The position numbers were made by a program, and so were the translations under genes. Shown here piece after piece: positions 41,914-51,099 of a stretch of DNA of 52,244 nucleotides. Positions within the stretch are counted from its first letter, which is position 1. Every line of letters begins with the position of its first letter. The stretch comes from Minisyncoccota bacterium. Lineage in GTDB: Bacteria > Patescibacteriota > Minisyncoccia > Moranbacterales > UBA2206. The stretch lies in NCBI GenBank assembly GCA_031291955.1, contig JARLIA010000012.1, forward strand, positions 1-52,244, given 5' to 3'. The notes beneath the pieces were generated by a model that was not told the DNA's origin, made no database searches, and saw nothing but the letters and a program-made list of their open reading frames with translations.

Positions 41914-41990
41914 GAATCCGAATTTTATCCGAAAATTTCCTATGGCCGCCTTTGAGCGAGGGAAATTTTCGGCTATAAAATTCAGGGTTC
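41914..41990. repeat. Long imperfect hairpin (stem of about 27 bp) in the rplK-rplA spacer
   Basis: gaatccgaattttatccgaaaatttcc ... gggaaattttcggctataaaattcagggttc. Confidence 0.6.
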
Positions 41991-42045
41991 GAGTTCAATT
42001 TCGAAAAAATTTTAATTCTTCAGTGCTTTGCGACTACAAATTCAA

Positions 42046-42468
42046 TTACTCTATTTTTATTCCCATCGACCGGGCGGTGCCGGCGATGATTTTTTCCGCG
42101 CCTTCAATGTCGTTGGCGTTGAGGTCGGGGAGTTTCTTCTCGGCGATTTCTCTCAACTTTTCTTTGGTGATTGTCCCGACTTTGGTCTTCAAGGGATTGC
42201 CGGAACCTTTGGCGATACCGGCCGCTTTGCGGAGAAGATCCGAAGCGGGCGGCGTTTTAAGAACGAAAGTAAAAGTCCGGTCGTCAAAAATCGTGATCTC
42301 GGCCGGAATGATATCGGTGCCCTTGTCTTTGGTCTGCTCGTTGAATTTCGTACAAAACTCCTGAATGTTCAAACCGTGCTGACCCAAAGCGGGACCGACC
42401 GGCGGCGCCGGATTAGCTTTTCCGGCGGGAATTTGTAATTTAATGATAGTCTTAATTTTCTTAGCCAT
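42046..42468 (-). CDS. rplK: 50S ribosomal protein L11
   Basis: [34 protein letters not shown] signature. Confidence 0.95.
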   Translation of the reverse strand: MAKKIKTIIKLQIPAGKANPAPPVGPALGQHGLNIQEFCTKFNEQTKDKGTDIIPAEITIFDDRTFTFVLKTPPASDLLRKAAGIAKGSGNPLKTKVGTITKEKLREIAEKKLPDLNANDIEGAEKIIAGTARSMGIKIE

Positions 42469-42478
42469 AATGTTTTAT

Positions 42479-43024
42479 TTATATCTTATTAATCTGCAAA
42501 AAGTCCAGCTCCACTGGCGTTTCTCTTCCGAAAATCGACACCAGCACTTTAACCCGACCCTTCTCTTCATCCACTTCGTCCACCTTGCCATCGAAATCTT
42601 TGAACGGTCCGTCGATGATTTTGACCGAGTCTCCACTTTCCACATCAATCTTATACTTCGGCTCGGACACGCCCATCCGTTTTTTGAGCATCTCAATCTC
42701 GCGTGGATCAACCGGTGTCGGAGTGGTCCCAAGACCGATAAAGCCGGTTACGTTCGGCGTGTTGCGAACGACATACCAGGAGGCGTCCGTGACAACCATG
42801 TCCACCAGGACGTATCCAGGATAAATCTTTTCTTCCACGACGGTGCGTTTGCCGCCTTTGATTTTGATCTTCTTTTCTATCGGCACCATGACATCAAAAA
42901 TCAAATCTTGCATATCCATCGATTCGATCCTTTGCCGCAAGTTTCGCGACACATTGTCTTCATAACCGGAATAGGTATGCAGCACATACCAAGCGCGGCC
43001 GTGATGTTGAGTTTGTTTGGCCAT
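42479..43024 (-). CDS. nusG: Transcription termination/antitermination factor NusG
   Basis: WYVLHTYSGYE (NGN domain) and a KOW motif GDSVKIIDGPFKDFDGKV. Confidence 0.93.
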   Translation of the reverse strand: MAKQTQHHGRAWYVLHTYSGYEDNVSRNLRQRIESMDMQDLIFDVMVPIEKKIKIKGGKRTVVEEKIYPGYVLVDMVVTDASWYVVRNTPNVTGFIGLGTTPTPVDPREIEMLKKRMGVSEPKYKIDVESGDSVKIIDGPFKDFDGKVDEVDEEKGRVKVLVSIFGRETPVELDFLQINKI

Positions 43025-43025
43025 A

Positions 43026-43211
43026 TTATTTTAAAATAAAAGTCTTTAACAACGTTTGAAAAATCCAATCCAGTCCGCCCAAAAAAGCCGCTGTGGCCAG
43101 ACTAATGCCTATTACAATCAAGGTGTAATTTATCGTCTGTTCCCGGCTAGGCCAATTAACCTTCTCCAACTCCGCCTTGGCCTCTTTTAAAAATTGAGTA
43201 ATGCTGTTCAT
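43026..43211 (-). CDS. secE: Preprotein translocase subunit SecE
   Basis: 61 aa, with ELEKVNWPSREQ plus a single TM helix. It sits upstream of nusG. Confidence 0.88.
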   Translation of the reverse strand: MNSITQFLKEAKAELEKVNWPSREQTINYTLIVIGISLATAAFLGGLDWIFQTLLKTFILK

Positions 43212-43301
43212 CGCGTTTAGCCTTTTTTAAAAGCCCCTCGGGGGCTTTCTTTTTGGTGTCTTGAGGATATATCATTTTTTACCCTCTGTCAAGCTGTTGT
43301 A

Positions 43302-43682
43302 TTAGCTAAGCACCTCCTTCACCATACTAACCACCTTCAGAGGAGTCGTCATAGCTTTGACGATATAGAACTTGGTGTTATATTTTCCGATTTCTTGGAT
43401 CGTTTCCCAATCATCCTGATTGGTCAAAATGATGATCCGCGTCTGAGAAATGTCCTTATCTGCATAAATATCTTTCACCAGTTCCACTCCGTTTTTTTTG
43501 GGCATATTGATGTCGACGAGCGCCAAGTCCGGCTTTTCTTTTTTTATCAGCGCCAATCCTGCCTCACCATCCCCGGCTGTCAGCACAGTGTAGCCGCCTT
43601 GTTCCAAGGCGCGAGTGTACATTTCCAAAATGAGAGGGTCATCGTCGATTATGCAAACTTTGTATTTTATCTCAAGCGACAT
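43302..43682 (-). CDS. Stand-alone response-regulator receiver (CheY-like) protein
   Basis: CIIDDDP...DLALVDINMP...IIILT...KAMT. The start is placed at MSLEIKYK. Confidence 0.8.
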   Translation of the reverse strand: MSLEIKYKVCIIDDDPLILEMYTRALEQGGYTVLTAGDGEAGLALIKKEKPDLALVDINMPKKNGVELVKDIYADKDISQTRIIILTNQDDWETIQEIGKYNTKFYIVKAMTTPLKVVSMVKEVLS

Positions 43683-43832
43683 AAAATTATTTCTCAATTA
43701 GCGAATTGACAAGCATTATGGATCAATGATATAAAATTGCTCCAGTCCTGTCAAATTCCGACCTATTGGACAAAATTATTTTTTTGTATATAATGAATTT
43801 CAGCGGTCATTCGCACTATTTTAAGGCGATCC

Positions 43833-43905
43833 GGGCCCGTAGCTTAGTTGGTAGAGCGCCTCGTTTGCATCGAGGAGGTCAGCGGTCCGAATCCGCTCGG
43901 GTCCA
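43833..43905 (+). tRNA. tRNA-Ala (anticodon TGC)
   Basis: It folds as a cloverleaf: acceptor gggcccg/cgggtcc with the G3:U70 Ala identity pair, anticodon loop tt-TGC-at and T-loop tccgaat. No CCA is encoded. Confidence 0.9.
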
Positions 43906-43916
43906 CAGGAAAGAAT

Positions 43917-43942
43917 AAGGCTGATTGAGGCCTTGTTTTTTT
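43917..43942 (+). terminator. Terminator after tRNA-Ala
   Basis: The stem aaggc/gcctt is followed by a T7 run. Confidence 0.55.
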
Positions 43943-44053
43943 ATGTCCAAGGACAGCCAGACTGTAAAAAGTGTCTTTGTCTTATTTTCATCACTACCGA
44001 AAATCAAAACTTTATGCTATACTGAAATAAAGTAAAAAAATAAAATAAAAAAA

Positions 44054-45034
44054 ATGGAACAAGAACTATCAACGCCACCGGCCGCTGAAGCCGCGCCAAA
44101 ACCGGTCAAAGTAATTGCCATTATCATGCTGATTGTCGGCTTGCTGATTGGGATAGGAATATTGCTCGCGTTTATTTCCGGAGGAATCACAATTTACAGC
44201 GTTTACGGGCTAGTGACCGCGTCCGGGCTTGTTGCCACTTTTTTCGGCATCAGAAAATTGAAAAACTGGGGATTTTATTTATTCACAATTCTCACTGTCG
44301 CTTCAATTCTCTATGATATATACCTGGTAATCTCCGGCAAACAGACGAGCGTATCCGGAATCTTCGTTTACCAGCTGGTAAACATAGCGGTAATTTTCTA
44401 TCTTTGGCAAGCTTACAAAAAAAATCGCCTGTGGTTGGCGGGTATAGCCGTTATTTTTCTACTGTCTCTGGTCATAGTCATCTATCCTAAAAAAAGTATC
44501 CCAAACCCTAAGGTTGCAAGCCTGATCAAAAACCAAATGGCTCAGAAGCCCACGGCCGCGCAAACAACCAAGCCCATAAATTTCAAAAATGACCAATTGG
44601 GTTACTCCGTAACTTTTCCCGCCTATTGCCGAAAGCTGGTCTATATCAAAATTGATGCTCTTAAGGATCCGGATGTTTTTGCATGTTACAAAGGCACTGA
44701 CGCTTTCCAGATAGCATTTGAAGGCACGGGAGGCGCACCAAGCGATCTTGACAACTATTTTCAAAATCTGAAGCAAATCGCTTCGGGAAATGGAATGCAA
44801 ATTTCGGAAGACCGGGACTATTCTTATGATGCTGGCAACGGGCAAACGATTGACGGCAAACAAATGAAAGAGACATACGATCTCGGAAATTCCCACATGA
44901 AACAATGGCTGATACTTTTGCCGTCAAACAATAAGAATTCCGTTTTAGAATTCATGTACACCGCCAATTACGAAAGTTACGATGTCCACAAGCAGGATGC
45001 TCTTGATATCTTGAATTCATGGAAACTTAATTAA
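44054..45034 (+). CDS. Polytopic membrane protein with a C-terminal extracytoplasmic domain, hypothetical
   Basis: 4-5 hydrophobic helices in the first 150 aa. No recognisable motif. Confidence 0.6.
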   Translation: MEQELSTPPAAEAAPKPVKVIAIIMLIVGLLIGIGILLAFISGGITIYSVYGLVTASGLVATFFGIRKLKNWGFYLFTILTVASILYDIYLVISGKQTSVSGIFVYQLVNIAVIFYLWQAYKKNRLWLAGIAVIFLLSLVIVIYPKKSIPNPKVASLIKNQMAQKPTAAQTTKPINFKNDQLGYSVTFPAYCRKLVYIKIDALKDPDVFACYKGTDAFQIAFEGTGGAPSDLDNYFQNLKQIASGNGMQISEDRDYSYDAGNGQTIDGKQMKETYDLGNSHMKQWLILLPSNNKNSVLEFMYTANYESYDVHKQDALDILNSWKLN

Positions 45035-45100
45035 CACGTCCGAAAGAAAAAGCCGATCTGGGTCTCCACCCGTCGGCTTTTTTGTTTGATTTAAAATGAC

Positions 45101-46201
45101 TTAGAAAGTCGTCCCATTAAGCATCGCGTTGACCGCTATGATAACTACCAAACCGGATAATCCGACGATTATCCCGATGATGGAATAGACCATGGCATTT
45201 TTGGCTGTTTCTGCCTGGCCCGTGTCTCCGGCAGCTGTCAGATACATCAAGCCAGAAATCACAAATCCAATAACACCGACAAAACCGAATATCCCCAAGA
45301 GCCACATCGGGATGTTTTTTATAATCCCGGATATTGATCCGCTTGGCAATCCGAATCCGGAAAGATTTCCAACATTCCACCCTTTGGTCGTCGATCCCAT
45401 TGAAGCGGCGCTGTTGCCATAAGGTGAATTGCTATTAGCTGAGCTGGCAGCATAGTAGTTTCCCATTGCTGACGATCCATTTGACGTAACGTTACTGCCG
45501 TAAGGTGAATTGCTATTAACTGAGTTGGCAGCATAGTAGTTTCCCATTGCTGACGATCCGGAAGACGGCATGAAAGTATTATAGGTGGATGCCGCGGAAG
45601 ACGGTGAATAAACAACGGCGCCGCTAGATCGTGACACACCCGGGACAGAGTAAGTTGGCATTCCTGTTGTGTAATTGGTAGCAACGATTTGGCCCGTGCT
45701 TGATCCGGGCAAGCCCATAAAGTTGGCCATGGAGGCGTAAGACGAAATAAAGCCAGAGACAGCTGATGAACCAAGCGAAGAAATTCCCGACGAAGAATAG
45801 AGAGGCTGGCCCGTTGTGTAATTATACCCCACCACTTGACCGGCGTTCATTTGCGGCAATCCCATGGTGTTGGCCACGGAATCATAGCTTGAAGCGATAA
45901 TGCCTGGCGAGGAATAAGTGTCAGTGCCGGTATACGGATTGACGCCTGATACTTGCCCGGCGCTGGTTTGCGGCAGCCCCATTGAACTGGCCACGGAATC
46001 GTACGTCAAAGAAGCGTTGGTTGAAAGATCACCGGGAGTGGTCGCCGTTGACGGCAATCCCATGGAGCTAGCAACGGAATCATAGCCTGATGATAAATTA
46101 GAGGAGCTGCCAGCGGTCTTGGCCTGCAGACTACATTGTTGAGCATTGGCACCAAATGGGATAAGCAGGAATAGACATAAGAATAACAATAATTTTTTCA
46201 T
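45101..46201 (-). CDS. Secreted Ser/Gly/Tyr-rich repeat protein with a C-terminal VirB2/TrbC-like (T4SS-pilin-like) two-helix tail
   Basis: The start is placed at MKKLLLFLCLFLLIPFGANA (the ORF extends to 46378). It has four repeats of about 38 aa (YDSVASSMGLPxT...G) and a tail ...GFVISGLMYLTAAGDTGQAETAKNAMVYSIIGIIVGLSGLVVI. Confidence 0.65.
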   Translation of the reverse strand: MKKLLLFLCLFLLIPFGANAQQCSLQAKTAGSSSNLSSGYDSVASSMGLPSTATTPGDLSTNASLTYDSVASSMGLPQTSAGQVSGVNPYTGTDTYSSPGIIASSYDSVANTMGLPQMNAGQVVGYNYTTGQPLYSSSGISSLGSSAVSGFISSYASMANFMGLPGSSTGQIVATNYTTGMPTYSVPGVSRSSGAVVYSPSSAASTYNTFMPSSGSSAMGNYYAANSVNSNSPYGSNVTSNGSSAMGNYYAASSANSNSPYGNSAASMGSTTKGWNVGNLSGFGLPSGSISGIIKNIPMWLLGIFGFVGVIGFVISGLMYLTAAGDTGQAETAKNAMVYSIIGIIVGLSGLVVIIAVNAMLNGTTF

Positions 46202-46226
46202 AAAAATGATAAGTGGGAGAATTTTG

Positions 46227-47666
46227 TTAGTTGCATGAGTTGCTATTACCCAATTGGTTGGCTTCCCAAGTCCAGAAATCTCCCCCGGCTTGAGATTGCT
46301 GATTCGGGGAGAGGCTGTTCCATGTAGATTGGTCCTGCGCCAGTGCATTCGTAGGATCAACCGCACCTGAACCGGCACGGTCAGATAGACTATTCCAGTC
46401 GAGCGCGGATGTATTATATTCCTGTTGAGCAGCTTGACCCTGAGAGGTCACGGGATGATCTATATTATAATCAGCTGGAGGGGAGTCTAGGTTTTTTGCT
46501 TCCCAAGTCCAAAAATCGCCACCCGCTTGGGATTGCTGATCTGGAGTCATGCTGCTCCAGGTAGCGTTGTCTTGCGTTAATGATAACTGCGGACCTACTC
46601 CTCCCGTCTGGGACTGTTCTTCGGGAGTAAGACTATCCCACGTTTGCTGAGCATCATTAAATTTTTGTTGCAGAGCTTGACCGTTGGCTTGGTCTATCTC
46701 ATCCTGACTCGGTTCAATTGGCGCGCCCCAGGAGGCAGGCCTATCGTTTTCCCCGCTAGACGAAGAACTGCCAGCGGAAGAGTTTAAGCTATTCGCTTCC
46801 CAGGTCCAGAAATCGCCCCCGGCTTGAACTTGTTGATCCGGCGATAGGCTGCCCCAGGTGTTTTCGTCTTGTGCTAATGTAACACTGGGATTGGTCAGTC
46901 CATTTATTTTAGCATCACTTGCGGATAAGTCGTTGTTCCAAGAATCAACACTTTGATTATATAAATCTTGGGCTTGCTTTCCCTCGGATGAAGTGATTGT
47001 GTCGTTTGATGAAAAAGCCGGCAAATCAGTTCCTTTGCCGTCATTTACAGTTGAAGGGTCGGGTGTTGCGACAACGGCTCCACTACCTTCGTCCATCGTA
47101 TAACCCTGACTACTGTCATATAAGTTATTCGGCGAATTTTTTTCTAATTCGCCTGGAGAAACAACGTTCAATCTATTCTCTATGCCTGGAACTTGAGTTG
47201 GAGCTTGCGAGTTCAGCTCTTGATTATACTCAGAGCCTTGTGAATCTAAATAGCCAGTGCCTGCATCATTGAGTGGCATACTGGGATCGTTATCTGCAGT
47301 ATAGCCGGAAGGGAATTTAGGCGTATCACTAATGGGGGGATTATTCGGATCATTCAGATATACATTGTTGGGATTATTCACATAATCCTGATAGCCACTG
47401 CTGCTGGCGTTGTTATTTTGATCATTATTAGAAGTATCGACACCATAATAACTGGCCGGGTCGTTAAGATAATTGTAACTACTATCATAACTGCCAACAG
47501 ACGCGCTGTCATTCGAATCAAAATTAAGACCGCTCGTGTCGGAATAATCGCTATAATCGGAATAACCCCCGCTATCATCCTCTTGAGCGCGAACAATAGC
47601 CGCCTTAAGAAAAAAAGATCCGGCTAGCAAAAAAACAGCTAATAAATATTTTAATTTTTGTTTCAT
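46227..47666 (-). CDS. Secreted low-complexity protein with four Q-S-Q-A-G-G-D-F-W-T-W-E-A repeats
   Basis: The signal peptide is MKQKLKYLLAVFLLAGSFFLKAAIVRA. It is Asn/Ser/Asp-rich, with repeats ...TW(G/S/N)S(L/M)(S/T)P(D/N)QQxQAGGDFWTWEA. Confidence 0.65.
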   Translation of the reverse strand: MKQKLKYLLAVFLLAGSFFLKAAIVRAQEDDSGGYSDYSDYSDTSGLNFDSNDSASVGSYDSSYNYLNDPASYYGVDTSNNDQNNNASSSGYQDYVNNPNNVYLNDPNNPPISDTPKFPSGYTADNDPSMPLNDAGTGYLDSQGSEYNQELNSQAPTQVPGIENRLNVVSPGELEKNSPNNLYDSSQGYTMDEGSGAVVATPDPSTVNDGKGTDLPAFSSNDTITSSEGKQAQDLYNQSVDSWNNDLSASDAKINGLTNPSVTLAQDENTWGSLSPDQQVQAGGDFWTWEANSLNSSAGSSSSSGENDRPASWGAPIEPSQDEIDQANGQALQQKFNDAQQTWDSLTPEEQSQTGGVGPQLSLTQDNATWSSMTPDQQSQAGGDFWTWEAKNLDSPPADYNIDHPVTSQGQAAQQEYNTSALDWNSLSDRAGSGAVDPTNALAQDQSTWNSLSPNQQSQAGGDFWTWEANQLGNSNSCN

Positions 47667-47847
47667 TTTTATATAAATCAAAAGGAAGAAGAGTATCTAC
47701 TCAACATTATAGCATTTTTAAGACAAAAAATCAAGCAGGACAACAGAATTACCGACTCAGGCGCGAAACTCAACTCTTGCCAAAGCCTCAATTCAGTGAT
47801 AAGCTGGCTATAATTGGTTTTCCGGAGACTCACTGAGTTGACTTACC

Positions 47848-47876
47848 TTGACTTCGCGGCAGTTAATTGGTAAATT
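47848..47876 (+). promoter_or_regulatory. Possible promoter of tRNA-Ile
   Basis: TTGACT, 17-nt spacer, TAAATT, about 30 nt upstream of the tRNA. Confidence 0.4.
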
Positions 47877-47904
47877 AAGATAATGTTTTTTGAATAAATA
47901 TTTT

Positions 47905-47978
47905 GGGCGATTAGCTCAGTTGGTTAGAGCGCGTCACTGATAATGACGAGGTCCGAGGTTCGAGTCCCCGATCGCCCA
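47905..47978 (+). tRNA. tRNA-Ile (anticodon GAT)
   Basis: The acceptor is gggcgat/atcgccc, with the D-arm agctcagttggttagagc, anticodon loop ct-GAT-aa and T-loop ttcgagt. Confidence 0.9.
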
Positions 47979-47980
47979 CT

Positions 47981-48010
47981 AAAAAATTCTTCCTTAAGGA
48001 AGAATTTTTT
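47981..48010. terminator. Bidirectional terminator between tRNA-Ile and murD
   Basis: aaaaaattcttcc-ttaa-ggaagaatttttt. Confidence 0.75.
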
Positions 48011-49407
48011 CATTTCAATTTCTTAACTGCTTCCTTGAATTTATTCCCCCGGTCAAATTCATTAGTAAACATCCCGAAACTGGCCGCGCCCGGCGAAAGA
48101 AGAATTACATCACCCTTGTCCGCCGCCGCCCGGGCAAGTTCCACCGCTTTTTCCATCGACTCGACAATTTTGAATTTTTCATACGCCAATTCCGGCTGAA
48201 ATTTTTTCATAGAGAGAATTATTTTGTCTGTCGCTGGTCCCGCCAGGAAAATTACACCCTTGGCTTTTTCCAAAATGGCCCGTCCCCACTCGCTCATATC
48301 CAGATTTTTGTCTGATCCGCCGGCAATCAGAATGACCGGCTCGGAAAAAGATTTAATTCCAAAGATGGCTGCTTCCGGCATCGTGGCGGCCGTGTCATTG
48401 ACATATTTTACCCCCATATGCTCACGCACCAGTTCCAGCCGATGGGCGATGCCTTTGAAAAGCAGGATGCCTTTCCGGATCGTGGCTAAATCCACGCCGG
48501 CCGCGGCCGCGGCGCCGATGGCCGCCAAAACATTTTCCAAATTATGCTCACCCGGCAGATTTATCTCTTTGACATCCAATACTTTTTTTTCATCAATCCC
48601 GTTATTGAAATAGACAGATCCATTCTCTACATACACCGACCGCCCCCGCTCAATCGGACGCCGGGAAAATTTAATCAACCGCGATTTAATTTCCTTTTCG
48701 AACCCCTCTAAAAGCTCGTTGTCGCCCGAAATGACACAGCTGTTTTCTCTGTTCTGGTAGAGACAAATATTTTTCTTGTCTTTCAGATAGTCGTCCATCG
48801 TTTTGTAATAGTTCAGGTGATCAGGATAGATATTGGTGATAACGGCGATTTGGGGACTCGTTTTGGCACGACCAAGAGCCGACAAGCGCCAACTGGAAAG
48901 CTCAAACACCACTACGCTGTCTTTTTTTAATTCCTTCAGTTTGTCGAGAACTGAAACCTGCCCTATGCCGACTTTAACCGGGTTCCTGCCGGCCGTTTTC
49001 AAAATATCAAAAATCAGGCTGGCCGTCGTCGATTTGCCCTTGGTGCCAGTCACTCCGATGATCGGCCTGGGACAAAATTTGAAAAACAGACTGGAATCCA
49101 TTTCCACCGGCACTTTGTTTTCCAAGGCCAATTTAATGTGCTTATTTGTCCACGGCACAGCCGGATTCTTCACTACCATATCCACTTTAGTAAAATCTTC
49201 CGGACGGTGTTGGTTAAAAACATAAGAAATATTCTTGAATCCCTTAAGCTTCTCAAGCGAGGCTGCCAGCTCTTCTTTGGATCCCAAGTCAGTCACCGTC
49301 ACTTTCGCGCCCGCCTCACACAAAAAACGAACGGTTCCAACGCCGCCGCCATGTAATCCTAAGCCCATAACAGTGATCTTTTTATTTTTAAGATCGAATA
49401 TATTCAT
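48010..49407 (-). CDS. murD: UDP-N-acetylmuramoyl-L-alanine--D-glutamate ligase
   Basis: It has the N-terminal Rossmann motif MGLGLHGGG and the P-loop GVTGTKGKSTT, with Mur ligase middle and C-terminal domains. An alternative start is at 49428. Confidence 0.9.
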   Translation of the reverse strand: MNIFDLKNKKITVMGLGLHGGGVGTVRFLCEAGAKVTVTDLGSKEELAASLEKLKGFKNISYVFNQHRPEDFTKVDMVVKNPAVPWTNKHIKLALENKVPVEMDSSLFFKFCPRPIIGVTGTKGKSTTASLIFDILKTAGRNPVKVGIGQVSVLDKLKELKKDSVVVFELSSWRLSALGRAKTSPQIAVITNIYPDHLNYYKTMDDYLKDKKNICLYQNRENSCVISGDNELLEGFEKEIKSRLIKFSRRPIERGRSVYVENGSVYFNNGIDEKKVLDVKEINLPGEHNLENVLAAIGAAAAAGVDLATIRKGILLFKGIAHRLELVREHMGVKYVNDTAATMPEAAIFGIKSFSEPVILIAGGSDKNLDMSEWGRAILEKAKGVIFLAGPATDKIILSMKKFQPELAYEKFKIVESMEKAVELARAAADKGDVILLSPGAASFGMFTNEFDRGNKFKEAVKKLK

Positions 49408-49453
49408 AGTCGGTATATTTTTCAACAAACAGTAAATTGAAAATTTGTAAATT

Positions 49454-51025
49454 TCATCTCTTGATTATTCTCCCCTTCCTCACTCCCTGATATTCTCCCT
49501 CTTTTACGACTATGTTTCCATTAACAAAGAGATACTCTACGCCGCGCGAATATTGATAAGGATTGTCTTTGGTGGCGGGACTGGCCAACTTATCCCGATC
49601 CAGGATGACCACGTCGGCAAAATAGTTTTTGGCCAAGCGACCGCGGCCGACTATGCCAAATTTTTCAGCTGGAAGACTCGTCATCTTACGAATCGCCTCC
49701 TCCCAACCCAAAACCTCCTCGGAAACTACATATTGGGAAAGCACTTTGATAAAGGCGCCAAAAGAACGCGGATGGACCACTTCACCGGTCTGGGAATGTT
49801 TGGCGGAATATCCTGATCCATTGGAAGCCACAATTGAAAGCGAGCTGCGCAATTCGTTCCGGATATTAGTTTCGGAGAGCACTTCGGCGCTGGTAATCAC
49901 CCGTCCGTCCGACGCAATCAAAATGTCTATGATGGCGTCTTCGATGGATTTTCCCTGCGAACCGGCAATCTCGGTGATCTTTCGGCGAGTAAGCGTTTTG
50001 TCTAGACCGCTGGAAGCGATCTCTATTTTTTCATATTCAAAAATGGAACTTCGCATCTCGGAAATTATCTTAGCCCGGATGACCGGATCTTTCAAGCGTC
50101 CAAGCATCATCTTCTTTCCGCCTTCCGAAACCCAAGGCGGAAGCAGCGTATAAAGCACCGAACCGATATTGGTGTAGGGATAAACGTCGAAAGTCACGTC
50201 CAGTCCATTCTGACTTAATCGTTCAAGCATGGCCAGCGCCTCTTCCATCTTGGACCAGTTCTTGGCGCCGACCGCTTTCAAATGGGAAACATGGAGCTTC
50301 ACCTTTGATTTTTCAGCCACCGCGATAGCTTCTTCGATTGAATCGGTCAGCTCGTCCGCCTCGCCGCGCAAGTGCGTGGTATATATGCCGTCGTATTTTT
50401 TGACCGTCCGGGCCAAATCCACCAACTCATCGAGAGTCGCCATCCGGGCGTGGGTATATATCAGACCGGTCGACATTCCGAGCGCCCCGTCTTGAAGAGC
50501 GCCAACAAGCTTATTGTTTATAAAAGCCAGCTCTTTCGGATTGGGACTTCTCATCTCATCTCTCAAAATTCCCCGCCGCAAAGTTCCGTGCCCAGCCATG
50601 GTCGCGAAATTGAGAGACAAATTTTTGCCGGACATAAATTGGAAAAATTCCGCGAGACTCAACCAGTTGACGTTGACTTTGGAAAGATCGGTCCATTTCT
50701 GGATCGACTCGATATTCTTGGCTTCGGCTAAAGGCGCCAGTGATGAGCCACAGTTGCCGCCCACAATCGTAGTAACTCCTTGATAAACCATGCTTTCTAA
50801 ATCCGGATCAAGAAAAATTTGCCAGTAAGTGTCACTGTGATTGTTGACATCAACAAAACCAGGGGCTACAAATTTCCCCTCCGCGTCAATCTCTATTTCC
50901 CCTCTTTCGTCATGAAGCTCTCCGATCGCCGCGATCCGATCGCCCTTTATCCCCACGTCGCCCAACCGAGCCGGATCACCCGAACCGTCAATGAGAGTGC
51001 CATTGCGAATTATGATATCATACAT
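49454..51025 (-). CDS. D-aminoacylase / N-acyl-D-amino-acid deacylase family amidohydrolase
   Basis: IIRNGTLIDGSG...GIKGDRIAAIG...APGFVDVNNHSD. The length of about 520 aa is typical of this family. Confidence 0.8.
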   Translation of the reverse strand: MYDIIIRNGTLIDGSGDPARLGDVGIKGDRIAAIGELHDERGEIEIDAEGKFVAPGFVDVNNHSDTYWQIFLDPDLESMVYQGVTTIVGGNCGSSLAPLAEAKNIESIQKWTDLSKVNVNWLSLAEFFQFMSGKNLSLNFATMAGHGTLRRGILRDEMRSPNPKELAFINNKLVGALQDGALGMSTGLIYTHARMATLDELVDLARTVKKYDGIYTTHLRGEADELTDSIEEAIAVAEKSKVKLHVSHLKAVGAKNWSKMEEALAMLERLSQNGLDVTFDVYPYTNIGSVLYTLLPPWVSEGGKKMMLGRLKDPVIRAKIISEMRSSIFEYEKIEIASSGLDKTLTRRKITEIAGSQGKSIEDAIIDILIASDGRVITSAEVLSETNIRNELRSSLSIVASNGSGYSAKHSQTGEVVHPRSFGAFIKVLSQYVVSEEVLGWEEAIRKMTSLPAEKFGIVGRGRLAKNYFADVVILDRDKLASPATKDNPYQYSRGVEYLFVNGNIVVKEGEYQGVRKGRIIKR

Positions 51026-51028
51026 AGA

Positions 51029-51060
51029 CAGTAAACAGTGAACAGTGAACAGTGAACAAG
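51029..51060. repeat. AACAGTG heptad tandem block abutting the start at 51025
   Basis: cagtaaacagtgaacagtgaacagtgaacaag. A partly complementary block actgttccctgatcactgattcttgatcactg follows at 51074-51105. Confidence 0.75.
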
Positions 51061-51099
51061 ATTTTTTCTTATTACTGTTCCCTGATCACTGATTCTTGA

